Assembly: GCA_031384385.1 (NCBI GenBank)
Contig: JANNAN010000013.1
Span: 6,015-70,014 of the forward strand
Source of the DNA: Candidatus Tayloriibacteriota bacterium
Lineage (GTDB): Bacteria; Patescibacteriota; Minisyncoccia; Phycocordibacterales; PALSA-1337
Direction of reading: 5' to 3'
DNA: 64,000 nucleotides
This document shows, piece after piece, positions 39,652 to 47,119 of the stretch. Both the position numbers and the translations under genes were made by a program. Each line of letters opens with the position of its first letter. Position 1 is the stretch's first letter. The notes under the pieces were generated by a model. The model did not search any database, was not told the DNA's origin, and saw only the letters and a program-made list of their open reading frames with translations.

Positions 39652-40017
39652 TCAGATGCCGCAGAGCGAACGTATCTTGCAAATTTCCCTCAATGTCTGT
39701 TGACGTCCCGGAAGTCCATTCTCAACCCATCCTCCAAATTGCTTCAGAGTGGTGAGAATTTCTTCCCGAGTGCCAGGTTCCCCGATACAAATGGGGATGA
39801 ACTGACGTTTGTCTTCAGACTTAGCGAGGAACTTGCAAGCGATCGGTATTGAGGATTTCACCTGAACCACGGGGATGGTGTTGTCATTGGTAGTGACATC
39901 CAATCCGTGATCATTGAAACCTCCGATTACCTGTACGCCAAATACTTTGGCGTACGCTTTCTCTAGCTCGGCACCGACGAATTCCTTCGTCACTCCCATG
40001 GTTTTCATAGAGTTCAT
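39652..40017 (-). CDS. hypothetical protein
   Basis: 121-aa ORF, no motif. Confidence 0.4.
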   Translation of the reverse strand: MNSMKTMGVTKEFVGAELEKAYAKVFGVQVIGGFNDHGLDVTTNDNTIPVVQVKSSIPIACKFLAKSEDKRQFIPICIGEPGTREEILTTLKQFGGWVENGLPGRQQTLREICKIRSLCGI

Positions 40018-40064
40018 AATATTATGAGATGTGGTACCGAGTTAGGCACCGTTGTTGTTTACTG

Positions 40065-40328
40065 TTATCCGTAGGTGACCGATGACTGTCGCAGAGATCG
40101 AATGAGAACAGGGAAGATGAGTAACGGATGCTTAAGCATGAATTTTGCTTTTTCTTTGCCTTGAAGGTGTCGAGCTGCGATGAGAAGAACAACTTCTCGG
40201 CTCATCGCTTCTTGACCCTCCACCTTGCATTCCGTAAATATCTTCTGAGCCTTTTCGTCTCCTTGGTGTCGCCTGACGCGATCCAGAATATCAGTAAGTA
40301 ACATTTGGTATTTCGTGTTGTTTTTCAC
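40065..40328 (-). CDS. hypothetical protein
   Basis: 87-aa ORF, helical, no motif. Confidence 0.35.
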   Translation of the reverse strand: MKNNTKYQMLLTDILDRVRRHQGDEKAQKIFTECKVEGQEAMSREVVLLIAARHLQGKEKAKFMLKHPLLIFPVLIRSLRQSSVTYG

Positions 40329-40494
40329 AAAGAGCTTTCCTCAATGAATCCACCAGGTCCAGCACACGCTGGCTGACGGACTCAATAAAGGACTTTTTTC
40401 AATACTTCTACGATGTTACTATTATAGCATAGTATATACTACTTGTCCAGTGTATTGTTAAATATAATGAACAGGGAAGTATGGCTTATTTTAA

Positions 40495-40546
40495 GGCTGC
40501 TTTCGTCGTTTTCGACTCATCAGTCTGGACAATATCCAGAGAGCAG
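40495..40546 (-). ncRNA. hammerhead ribozyme HHR-4
   Basis: Minus-strand: CUGC-UC|UCUGGA-UAUUG-UCCAGA-CUGAUGA-GUCG-AAAA-CGAC-GAAA-GCAG. Stem II GUCG/CGAC is a compensatory variant of GUCC/GGAC. Triplet CUC. Confidence 0.75.
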
Positions 40547-40596
40547 AGGTTGATTCCGTACAATCAACCTGATTAATGTGAATGCGGTTCGGCGCA

Positions 40597-40914
40597 TTAT
40601 TGACCCTTCAGAAAGGCCATCGCTTCGATCAATCCCATCCCGTGTGCCATTTTGCCATCGGGAAATGAATTGAAGATCTTGAAGCGATCAGATTCAGGAA
40701 TGGTGGCGGCTTTCTGTTTCCACCACAGAACCTGTGCAACGCGCTTGGATGTATTGTCCAAATACACCTGCACTTTTTCTGGTTCATCGGTCATGATGCC
40801 GTCGGCTTCCTGAACCGTCTTCACAAACTCCAAACCCCCGATAGTTGTGAAGATCTGAACGATTGCCTTATGGACAGGACTGTCCGGCGTCGCAAGATCC
40901 AGAAATATTTTCAT
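40597..40914 (-). CDS. hypothetical protein
   Basis: 105-aa ORF, overlaps upstream small gene by ATGA. Confidence 0.4.
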   Translation of the reverse strand: MKIFLDLATPDSPVHKAIVQIFTTIGGLEFVKTVQEADGIMTDEPEKVQVYLDNTSKRVAQVLWWKQKAATIPESDRFKIFNSFPDGKMAHGMGLIEAMAFLKGQ

Positions 40915-41051
40915 ACCTCTTTCCTCCAGTTTTGTTTTTGTTTGTTGCGGTTGTATCCACGGACACCTTTCGGAGTTCCGTAGGGTTTACCGATGAAAAG
41001 AGTTTGCTTGCGCACACTCTTCATCGCCTTCAACTGAATTGTATTGTTCAT
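40911..41051 (-). CDS. 46-aa basic protein (upstream partner in a two-gene cassette)
   Basis: MNNTIQLKAMKSVRKQTLFIGKPYGTPKGVRGYNRNKQKQNWRKEV. Track ORF extends further 5' into ribozyme-flanking sequence. Confidence 0.3.
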   Translation of the reverse strand: MNNTIQLKAMKSVRKQTLFIGKPYGTPKGVRGYNRNKQKQNWRKEV

Positions 41052-41118
41052 AGTAATCTGCCACTGATGATCGCGTGAGTGGCAAGTTGCTATGAACAAT
41101 ATTTTATTTAAAGAACTT

Positions 41119-41172
41119 TTCTGTTTCGTCCTTTCGGACTCATCAGTCGAGACTCGCATCTCGAGACAGAAC
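41119..41172 (-). ncRNA. hammerhead ribozyme HHR-5 (near-consensus)
   Basis: Minus-strand: UUCUG-UC|UCGAGAU-GCGA-GUCUCGA-CUGAUGA-GUCC-GAAA-GGAC-GAAAC-AGAA. GNRA loops on stems I and II, GUC triplet. Confidence 0.85.
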
Positions 41173-41205
41173 GAATCCTTTGATCCGTAGCGCTGCACGC
41201 CAACT

Positions 41206-41275
41206 CACCATATAGATACGGTGACATTCACACTCTTTTGAATAGAAGGTTAGAGTGATCCTTCTTTTTGTAGTC
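41206..41275 (-). ncRNA. family-3 conserved element (copy b)
   Basis: See 39577-39641. Lies between stop of 41289-41705 and HHR-5. Confidence 0.45.
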
Positions 41276-41288
41276 AGACAAGCTGACA

Positions 41289-41705
41289 TCATAACCAAGA
41301 CAGTTGTTCCCTTATATCCGGATTTCGCTGATCGAATACCGGATTTAAAGAGATTTCCTGTTTGGCTAGACTAGTGAAACCATCTACGCCGTCAACAACC
41401 TTTCCTTTGGAATCATGTCTGATACTCAGCTCAGTTCCTCCGGTAAAATTATTGGCTGCGAATTGTTTCAAGAAGGCTTGCACCTCCTCTCGCAATTTGG
41501 TCTCAGCAAAAGGTTCCTTATCTACACTCACAATCTCGTACGTATCTTCGGCGTATGAATTTTTTTCATCGCCACTCTGATCGTACCAGCTGTATGAGTG
41601 CTTCAGGTAAACCCTTCGGCCAGCAAGTTCAATGACAAATAGAGATTCACCTCCACCGCCATTACTTGCCCCCTCGTCATGACTACGAATAACGAACGCT
41701 TTCAT
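41289..41705 (-). CDS. hypothetical protein
   Basis: 138-aa ORF, Gly-rich N-terminal segment, no motif. Confidence 0.4.
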   Translation of the reverse strand: MKAFVIRSHDEGASNGGGGESLFVIELAGRRVYLKHSYSWYDQSGDEKNSYAEDTYEIVSVDKEPFAETKLREEVQAFLKQFAANNFTGGTELSIRHDSKGKVVDGVDGFTSLAKQEISLNPVFDQRNPDIREQLSWL

Positions 41706-41792
41706 ATCTCACCTCCTTTCGTTTTGTTGAGTGTTTATTCAATGAGGTGGAGGATTAGGGATAGAACCCAATCCTCCCAACGACACCCGAAC

Positions 41793-42065
41793 CTAATCAG
41801 GGTCGATCAATATGTGGGCGATCGCGAATGGCCCACCCCAGTCTTCACCGGGATTCACCATTCCATGATCGTGCGTGCACATCAAGGTGGTGGATTTCGG
41901 TGTCGGATAAAACTTTGCAGGATTATCCGTGAGAATCCAGTCTGCTCCTTCTGGAGACGAGACGAACTCCCAACCGTCGGAACGCAGCATTGTCTTGCTG
42001 CCTGTGATCTTTTCGATCAACTCCTCTTTTCCGACCGCGACTTCGATATACATTTTTCGGGGCAT
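41793..42065 (-). CDS. hypothetical protein
   Basis: 90-aa ORF immediately downstream of element E4. Confidence 0.4.
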   Translation of the reverse strand: MPRKMYIEVAVGKEELIEKITGSKTMLRSDGWEFVSSPEGADWILTDNPAKFYPTPKSTTLMCTHDHGMVNPGEDWGGPFAIAHILIDPD

Positions 42066-42088
42066 AAATTCTACTTGTTGATTGTTTG

Positions 42089-42169
42089 AAAAGAACTGAA
42101 ATTCTATGAATCTGCGACTTCAGTCGTAGACTCAATAAAGTGCAGATTTTGATGGAATCTGCTAAAACC
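42089..42169 (-). ncRNA. family-1 structured element E4
   Basis: GGUUUUA-GCAGAUUCCAUCAAAAUCUGC-ACUUUAUUG-AGUCUACGAC-UGAA-GUCGCAGAUU-CAUAGAAUUUCAGUUCUUUU. Confidence 0.55.
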
Positions 42170-42852
42170 TGACCTCTAGCAATAGTGATCCACACGGATC
42201 GTATTGAAAGAGTAATCCCACCGACTCCCCGAGTACCTCTGATATCTCCACTTTCGTGAAAGTGTCAGTAGGCGACTGCGCTCTCGCTTGGAGAGCCGAC
42301 GACCTGTGTCGTCTGCGAACTTCAGTGTTCGCGATCTCCTTCTGTGGGAGATATCGAGTACACCATCGGTGGTGCTCGATTTTACAGGCTTAAAGCCAGG
42401 AAACTGCACCGTTGCACTACCGTATGATGTACTCATATTTTTATTTCGGTTGGTTGTTTTTGAAATATTCGCAGTTCGGAATCACCATGAATGTTCCTTG
42501 ACCAGGTACACACTCACAACTATCCGATGATGTATAAGAGATGGGGTTGTTATCCCGCATGAGGTTATGCCTCTAATCTCCCGTACACCTTGTTCTTTCC
42601 AGGGATGCATGCCCACGTAACGAACGTGGATTGGTCGAGCATTCCCTTTCGACAACAACCTTTCGGTTGAGGTGAAAGAACTAGAGCCCTACAAAATTCT
42701 GCCAATCTACTGAAAACCCTTGCAAGTTTTCTAAGTAATCGGAGCTAGAACAGTGTAGACCCCACACAATGGCTTCTGCGTAGCCTGTGCATATAACTGT
42801 CCTTAATAATTAATTCAGACCAATTATATGCACAAGCATTTCAAAATTTATT

Positions 42853-42931
42853 TAAAGAACTAAACTCTTTGGGCCAGCAACATTGTTGTAAGCCCAATAA
42901 AGTGCAGATTTTGATGGAATCTGCGAAAACC
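42853..42931 (-). ncRNA. family-1 structured element E5
   Basis: Same hairpin-2 sequence as E4 (GCAGAUUCCAUCAAAAUCUGC). Hairpin 1 GGGCUUACAAC-AAUG-UUGCUGGCCC. Not followed by an ORF for >400 nt. Confidence 0.5.
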
Positions 42932-43005
42932 ATTTGCTTTTCGGGGTTGATTATTGTCCGATAGCAGTGCGACTCTTTTTTGTTAGGAAAAGAGCTAGAG
43001 AAACC

Positions 43006-43395
43006 TTAGTAATCAAGAGGGTGGCATCTGTGCCCGACGCTCTCGCCCCATTTGTTTCTTTCAATCGGAGATTCGAGACCTCCAGACCGATAGAGACATT
43101 TGGTACGCGAGACCGCCAAGGCTTTGATGACATCGTCTCCGATCGTCCCTCGACGCACGAACTGCTTGCGCAAGCGGCGATATTCACGCGGGTTCTTGAT
43201 CAAGCCTAAGCTCTCACAAGTATCCCCGTAGTGACTACCCCGATTGTCGACAGCAATTGTGTGCCTGAAGAACAACCGTCGACCCTCGACCTTGAACGAG
43301 ATGACCCTGTAAGGGATCAGGCTCGCCCAATGGTGGTCCCTCGTGAACCTCTCCGTATGGATTTTGATTTCCATGGTTTGATTCGTTTTCATAGT
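43006..43395 (-). CDS. hypothetical protein
   Basis: Start taken at MKTNQTMEIK inside track ORF 43006-43416. Basic, no motif. Confidence 0.35.
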   Translation of the reverse strand, partial: TMKTNQTMEIKIHTERFTRDHHWASLIPYRVISFKVEGRRLFFRHTIAVDNRGSHYGDTCESLGLIKNPREYRRLRKQFVRRGTIGDDVIKALAVSRTKCLYRSGGLESPIERNKWGESVGHRCHPLDY

Positions 43396-43631
43396 TTCTC
43401 TATTTTTAATGTGCAAATTGGGCTGGCACCAGGGCTAGACTTCTTCAAGTGGCTAACTTGATAAAGCTTTCGCCGTGATGCCAGGAGAGTTTTTTGCGGG
43501 CTCTCAAACCGCCACATAGTACGACCGGCCAAGGTCTTCCTTGCTATATCTCCGTCTTTCAGGAGCTTCCAAGTGACCCTTAGAGCCCTTGGCTGATTTT
43601 CAGCAAATCTCATGCTCGCTACTTCTCGCAC
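43389..43631 (-). CDS. hypothetical protein
   Basis: 80-aa ORF, weak. Confidence 0.25.
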   Translation of the reverse strand: MREVASMRFAENQPRALRVTWKLLKDGDIARKTLAGRTMWRFESPQKTLLASRRKLYQVSHLKKSSPGASPICTLKIEKL

Positions 43632-43804
43632 TTTCGTGCAGTAGCTTCACACAAGTTCTCTGGTCGCGTGCCAGAGGGGATAGTACCGCCAACCCGGATG
43701 GGTCCGTATAGCATCTCCCTTCGGCCAAACACCATGTGAGTGTTCTGCCCTATGGGTATTCGAATTTCGAGTACCCATTTCGACAGAACACAATTTCAAG
43801 AAAC

Positions 43805-43859
43805 TTCTGTTTTCGTCTTTCAAGACTCATCAGTCGGAATACATATTCCGAGAACAGAG
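43805..43859 (-). ncRNA. hammerhead ribozyme HHR-6 (1-nt insertion at cleavage triplet)
   Basis: Minus-strand: CUCUG-UUC|UCGGAAU-AUGU-AUUCCGA-CUGAUGA-GUCU-UGAA-AGAC-GAAAAC-AGAAG. Stem II GUCU/AGAC compensatory variant. Extra U and extra A suggest a slightly degenerate copy. Confidence 0.65.
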
Positions 43860-43931
43860 AGACGATTTGCATCATCCCAGTAGTTTCCGCTCACCAAGCG
43901 CCCTGGAGCTACCCCAGAGAATTACGGGAGT

Positions 43932-44294
43932 TTAATGACTTCCATGGTCAGTCGAAGCGAGAACACTACGGTGTACCCACTGCACGGCTCCAAAGCCGGT
44001 GTCGTAGGATCTCTCGTAGTACACTGTTGCGTTTACATGCACAGGCTGGCCGTTGGTGAAGCCAGTCTCACCGGGAAAAAATCCCTTTTTGCCTTTGATT
44101 TTTCCTTCGAGAAAACGGACTTCGATTCCGTTCGCGCTCACCTTGGAAACAATTCCGGTGGCACTCGCTTCCTCACTCCATTTTTGTGGAGTAGCCAACT
44201 TTTTTGGTAAAGTGGCATAGAAACCGAAACCGATCAGGGCAAAGCCCAGAACAACCAAGAGAACCGCTAATGTCTTCTTCATAGAACTCTCCAT
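43932..44294 (-). CDS. hypothetical secreted/membrane-anchored protein
   Basis: Signal peptide/TM MKKTLAVLLVVLGFALIGFGFYA. Confidence 0.45.
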   Translation of the reverse strand: MESSMKKTLAVLLVVLGFALIGFGFYATLPKKLATPQKWSEEASATGIVSKVSANGIEVRFLEGKIKGKKGFFPGETGFTNGQPVHVNATVYYERSYDTGFGAVQWVHRSVLASTDHGSH

Positions 44295-44301
44295 TTTAAT
44301 T

Positions 44302-44380
44302 TAAAGAACTGAAATCTATGAATCTACGACTTCAGTCGCAGACTCAATAAATTGATCATTTGAGGATTAATGATCAAACC
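44302..44380 (-). ncRNA. family-1 structured element E6
   Basis: Fills the whole intergenic space. Hairpin 2 UUGAUCAUU..AAUGAUCAA (different sequence, same fold). Hairpin 1 AGUCUGCGAC-UGAA-GUCGUAGAUU. Confidence 0.55.
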
Positions 44381-44381
44381 G

Positions 44382-44636
44382 TTACCCCATTTTGCACCGC
44401 AGGATTTTGCGGCAACCTCTTGCGAGAAGGTCACTCAGCCATGCTGCCCAGAGCGAACGTCGCCAGAAGCGCCGAAGCAGAAGGTATATAACCAGCGCCT
44501 CGATCACCAACGCTACCACAAGACACACGAGTGTCAGACAGTAGACGAAGGTTTCCGGAAATATTTGCCCCAGAGTAGCCTGCGTAAGTTTGTAGAGCAT
44601 TTCCATGCTCTGTCGCATTATTTCATTGAGTTGCAT
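44382..44636 (-). CDS. hypothetical small membrane protein
   Basis: 84 aa with one long hydrophobic helix. Confidence 0.4.
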   Translation of the reverse strand: MQLNEIMRQSMEMLYKLTQATLGQIFPETFVYCLTLVCLVVALVIEALVIYLLLRRFWRRSLWAAWLSDLLARGCRKILRCKMG

Positions 44637-44700
44637 AGTGAGCGAAGCTCAATTCTTGAGCGTCATTCACTACACAACTCTAATGTAAAGAACCGCAGAA

Positions 44701-44775
44701 GTATCTGCACTATGCCGCGCCTCCGTTTTTTTAATATAATTATATAGTTTATGAGGCGCGAGATAGTGCAGACAC
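44701..44775. repeat. large imperfect palindrome (23-bp arms, AT-rich 29-bp centre)
   Basis: GTATCTGCACTATGCCGCGCCTC ... GAGGCGCGAGATAGTGCAGACAC. Confidence 0.5.
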
Positions 44776-44783
44776 ATTTTTAT

Positions 44784-44862
44784 TAAAGAACTGAACTCAA
44801 TGGATTCACAACATCAGTTGCGAACCCAATAAAGTGCTGATTTTGAGAAAATCAGCGAAAAC
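44784..44862 (-). ncRNA. family-1 structured element E7 (most upstream copy)
   Basis: GGUUUUCGCUGAUUUUCUCAAAAUCAGC-ACUUUAUUG-GGUUCGCAAC-UGAU-GUUGUGAAUCC-AUUGAGUUCAGUUCUUUAAU. Confidence 0.55.
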
Positions 44863-45540
44863 TGCGCGCGATGCCTCATCCTAAGATCACCGTTAGGTGA
44901 TAGCCAGTTATTCAGCAAAGCTGTTACTGGTGATGAAAGCTGGTGGAGGCTCAATGGCCACAACCATCACATTTTTATTTAAGGCTGTGTACACCCACTC
45001 CAATTTGTCCTTGGAGTATTCATGATTATTTTTTCGTACCCTCATGACTGGACGGAGTGGACTAGCAGGTAGCTGTTGCTACGACTTGATGTGTCAAATT
45101 CCCGAAGGAACCAAGACTTCCATCATCTGCTATCCACCCATATTTTTTAGGTACTATGGGGTCGCGACACTCCCTGTACCATATTTAAATCCAAATTATT
45201 TTGATTCAAATACGGTACAAGGAGAAAAACTTATTTCAAGTGAACTGTTTACATGTCAATCGTTCTGGGGTGTAGTATAGCAGATACAATAATTTTGTCA
45301 AGTATAATTAACACTTTATACCTAAATACAGCAAATATAGCCCTATAAATATGGATATTTAAGCTATATAAGAGTTATCAAGAAGTGACATATTATAAAT
45401 AATTTTGACAAAGTCAAAATGTAATTTGAAATAAAATATTTCTGTTAAACAATAAAAACATGATAAAAAGGCATAAAATGAATGTTTTCTTGTATCTATG
45501 GCTTAAAATATGGGGTTTATTATGAAAATGACAATAAAAC

Positions 45541-45568
45541 TTGACAAATACAATACATTTGCTATTAT
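45541..45568 (+). promoter_or_regulatory. near-consensus sigma70-type promoter (TTGACA-16 nt-TATTAT) reading rightwards
   Basis: TTGACA at 45541-45546, TATTAT at 45563-45568. Confidence 0.45.
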
Positions 45569-45669
45569 AGTCATGGAAGTGAGTGGTGAGCAGTACATGC
45601 TCTTAAAAGAGTGCCATTCACAATCCCATTAACAAGGAGGACACAATGAGCGACTAGAATGTCGGTAAG

Positions 45670-45710
45670 TACCGTCTTCTAGTGGACCTCATTGGCACTA
45701 GAAGACGGTA
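45670..45710 (+). other. perfect 15-bp inverted repeat hairpin (no U-tract) downstream of promoter and mini-ORF
   Basis: TACCGTCTTCTAGTG-11 nt-CACTAGAAGACGGTA, preceded by AAGGAGG-ATGAGCGACTAG (M-S-D-stop). Confidence 0.45.
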
Positions 45711-45937
45711 TTGAAACCGTTCAAGTCGGATCCTCCGAGTAGTATGGGAAATTGAAAAGAAAGGAAGGTAGGTATGTGTGATTAGCTCAAAAACCGCAGT
45801 GTGTGTTGTCGTGACCGAAAATTCGGAAAAGATCAACATGAAGAAAACTCCATCGGCGAATATTGATCACATTAGCGCTCTGTCAAACAGCGCCTGAAGG
45901 TCTCGATCAAAAGCTAGTTCCCAGGCTCCAATCGTCT

Positions 45938-46696
45938 TTACGGTTGGAGCCTCTTCTTTTTCTCATCAAAGCCAACATTGAAGATACTTCTGAATGTTTC
46001 TGCGAATTCCTTACTTCTTATAAAAATACCAGAAAGTTTTTTGCCAAGAATTGCAATTTTAACACGGTCTTCACAGATTGATATATCACATAATATTGGA
46101 TACTTATCTGCATCTACCTTCACCCTCTCACCGTCTTCACTTGTAGGGACTTCTCCATTTTTGTAAGTATACATTACTTTAGATTTGATGTTTTTACCTA
46201 GGCGCATACCTCGATATCTATCTCGCTCTTGTTTCGAAAATATTTCATCAACTAGATCCTTTGAGTATATTAAATAGCTGATGGCGTTTTCATTTTGTCC
46301 AAGAAAAAACTCTTCATGTAGACTTACCAATCCATCTCGACCTTCAAAATATTTTACGATAGGTTTTTCACCACCCTCTCTCTGAACACTCTTTATTTGA
46401 GGAATGACATCCTTTAATTTCTTTGACTGTTCATCAAGCATTATTTTTCGCTGCTCAACATATGTCTCTAATCTTTCTGGCGGCTCAGCTTGGTAATGAG
46501 TTTTCTTGCCAACTGTGGTTTCGGTCACCAGACCTTTTTTTGCAAGAGATTCCAACACGACATAGGTAGTCGATCGATTTAATTTGGTCTTTTTTGAGAG
46601 ATCAAGCACAGAGCTGTTCTCCATAGAAAGCAATGATATATAAACAATTGCCTCCTTCTCGCTCAGCCCGATGTCTTGTAGGTATTTTTCCAACAT
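45938..46696 (-). CDS. TrmB-family transcriptional regulator
   Basis: N-terminal HTH LGLSEKEAIVYISLL..SVLDLSKKTKLNRSTTYVVLESLAKKGLV typical of TrmB. AT-rich host-like composition. Confidence 0.6.
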   Translation of the reverse strand: MLEKYLQDIGLSEKEAIVYISLLSMENSSVLDLSKKTKLNRSTTYVVLESLAKKGLVTETTVGKKTHYQAEPPERLETYVEQRKIMLDEQSKKLKDVIPQIKSVQREGGEKPIVKYFEGRDGLVSLHEEFFLGQNENAISYLIYSKDLVDEIFSKQERDRYRGMRLGKNIKSKVMYTYKNGEVPTSEDGERVKVDADKYPILCDISICEDRVKIAILGKKLSGIFIRSKEFAETFRSIFNVGFDEKKKRLQP

Positions 46697-46720
46697 GCGA
46701 TTATATTAACATTGAAATCC

Positions 46721-47023
46721 TTAAAACGGAAGGGTCCCTGATAACTGGGGTGGTTCAACGAGATATTTCTCAATCAAATAAATCTCCTGCAAAAGACTGA
46801 CATAGTGCTTCTCATCCAGCTCATCATTTTTGAATTCTACCTTCTGATTTCTTTCGTTCACTTCAAGATAGATTCGACGTTTCTTATCACCAAAATCATA
46901 TAGTGTGAGTATGGTAAAAGATCCATCAAGTTTTTCGTTATACCAGATGATGGCATACTCGCCACGCCAGATGTGAGCATTTTTTCTTGCATCTTTAAAC
47001 GGATCAATGTTATACAAAGGCAT
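46721..47023 (-). CDS. hypothetical protein
   Basis: 100-aa ORF co-directional with the TrmB-like gene. Confidence 0.4.
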   Translation of the reverse strand: MPLYNIDPFKDARKNAHIWRGEYAIIWYNEKLDGSFTILTLYDFGDKKRRIYLEVNERNQKVEFKNDELDEKHYVSLLQEIYLIEKYLVEPPQLSGTLPF

Positions 47024-47119
47024 GTGGTATAATTACCATACTAATTCAAAAGTAAGTAATGTCCTTCAGCCAACTGGCAGATACTTTATGGGAGTAGAAG
47101 TAAATGATAATATATATCT

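Noticed and set aside
41060-41090. Plus-strand CTGATGA within CCACTGATGATCGCG as a possible plus-strand hammerhead
   Set aside because: No GAAA core or cleavage-site stem follows. Coincidental match.
35570-44747. Long plus-strand ORFs in the track inside the minus-strand array (e.g. 35570-35881, 36608-37231, 37244-37516, 41679-42089, 43736-44059, 44370-44747)
   Set aside because: Antisense to better-supported minus-strand genes in GC-rich DNA. No RBS. They overlap ribozymes and structured elements.
44665-44771. 34-codon minus-strand ORF starting at the ATG that ends element E7
   Set aside because: It is composed almost entirely of the 44701-44775 palindrome. More likely RNA structure than coding.
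36046-44862. CRISPR array
   Set aside because: Repeat units are 50-80 nt, heterogeneous in sequence, irregularly spaced, and the intervening segments are protein-coding genes. No cas genes.
37521-44862. Family-1 elements as simple sigma70 promoters (-35 TTGRGT)
   Set aside because: Distance from the TTG-containing segment to any -10-like hexamer varies (17-24 nt) and no consistent TATAAT-like box exists. The covarying hairpins argue for RNA structure.
37500-44900. Integron cassette array (small same-strand ORFs separated by repeats, tyrosine recombinase transcribed divergently)
   Set aside because: The repeats lack the complementary R''/R' (RYYYAAC/GTTRRRY) core sites of attC. Six of them are complete hammerhead ribozymes. 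The recombinase sits next to gap-terminus att copies, not an attI, and 4 kb of other genes separates it from the array.
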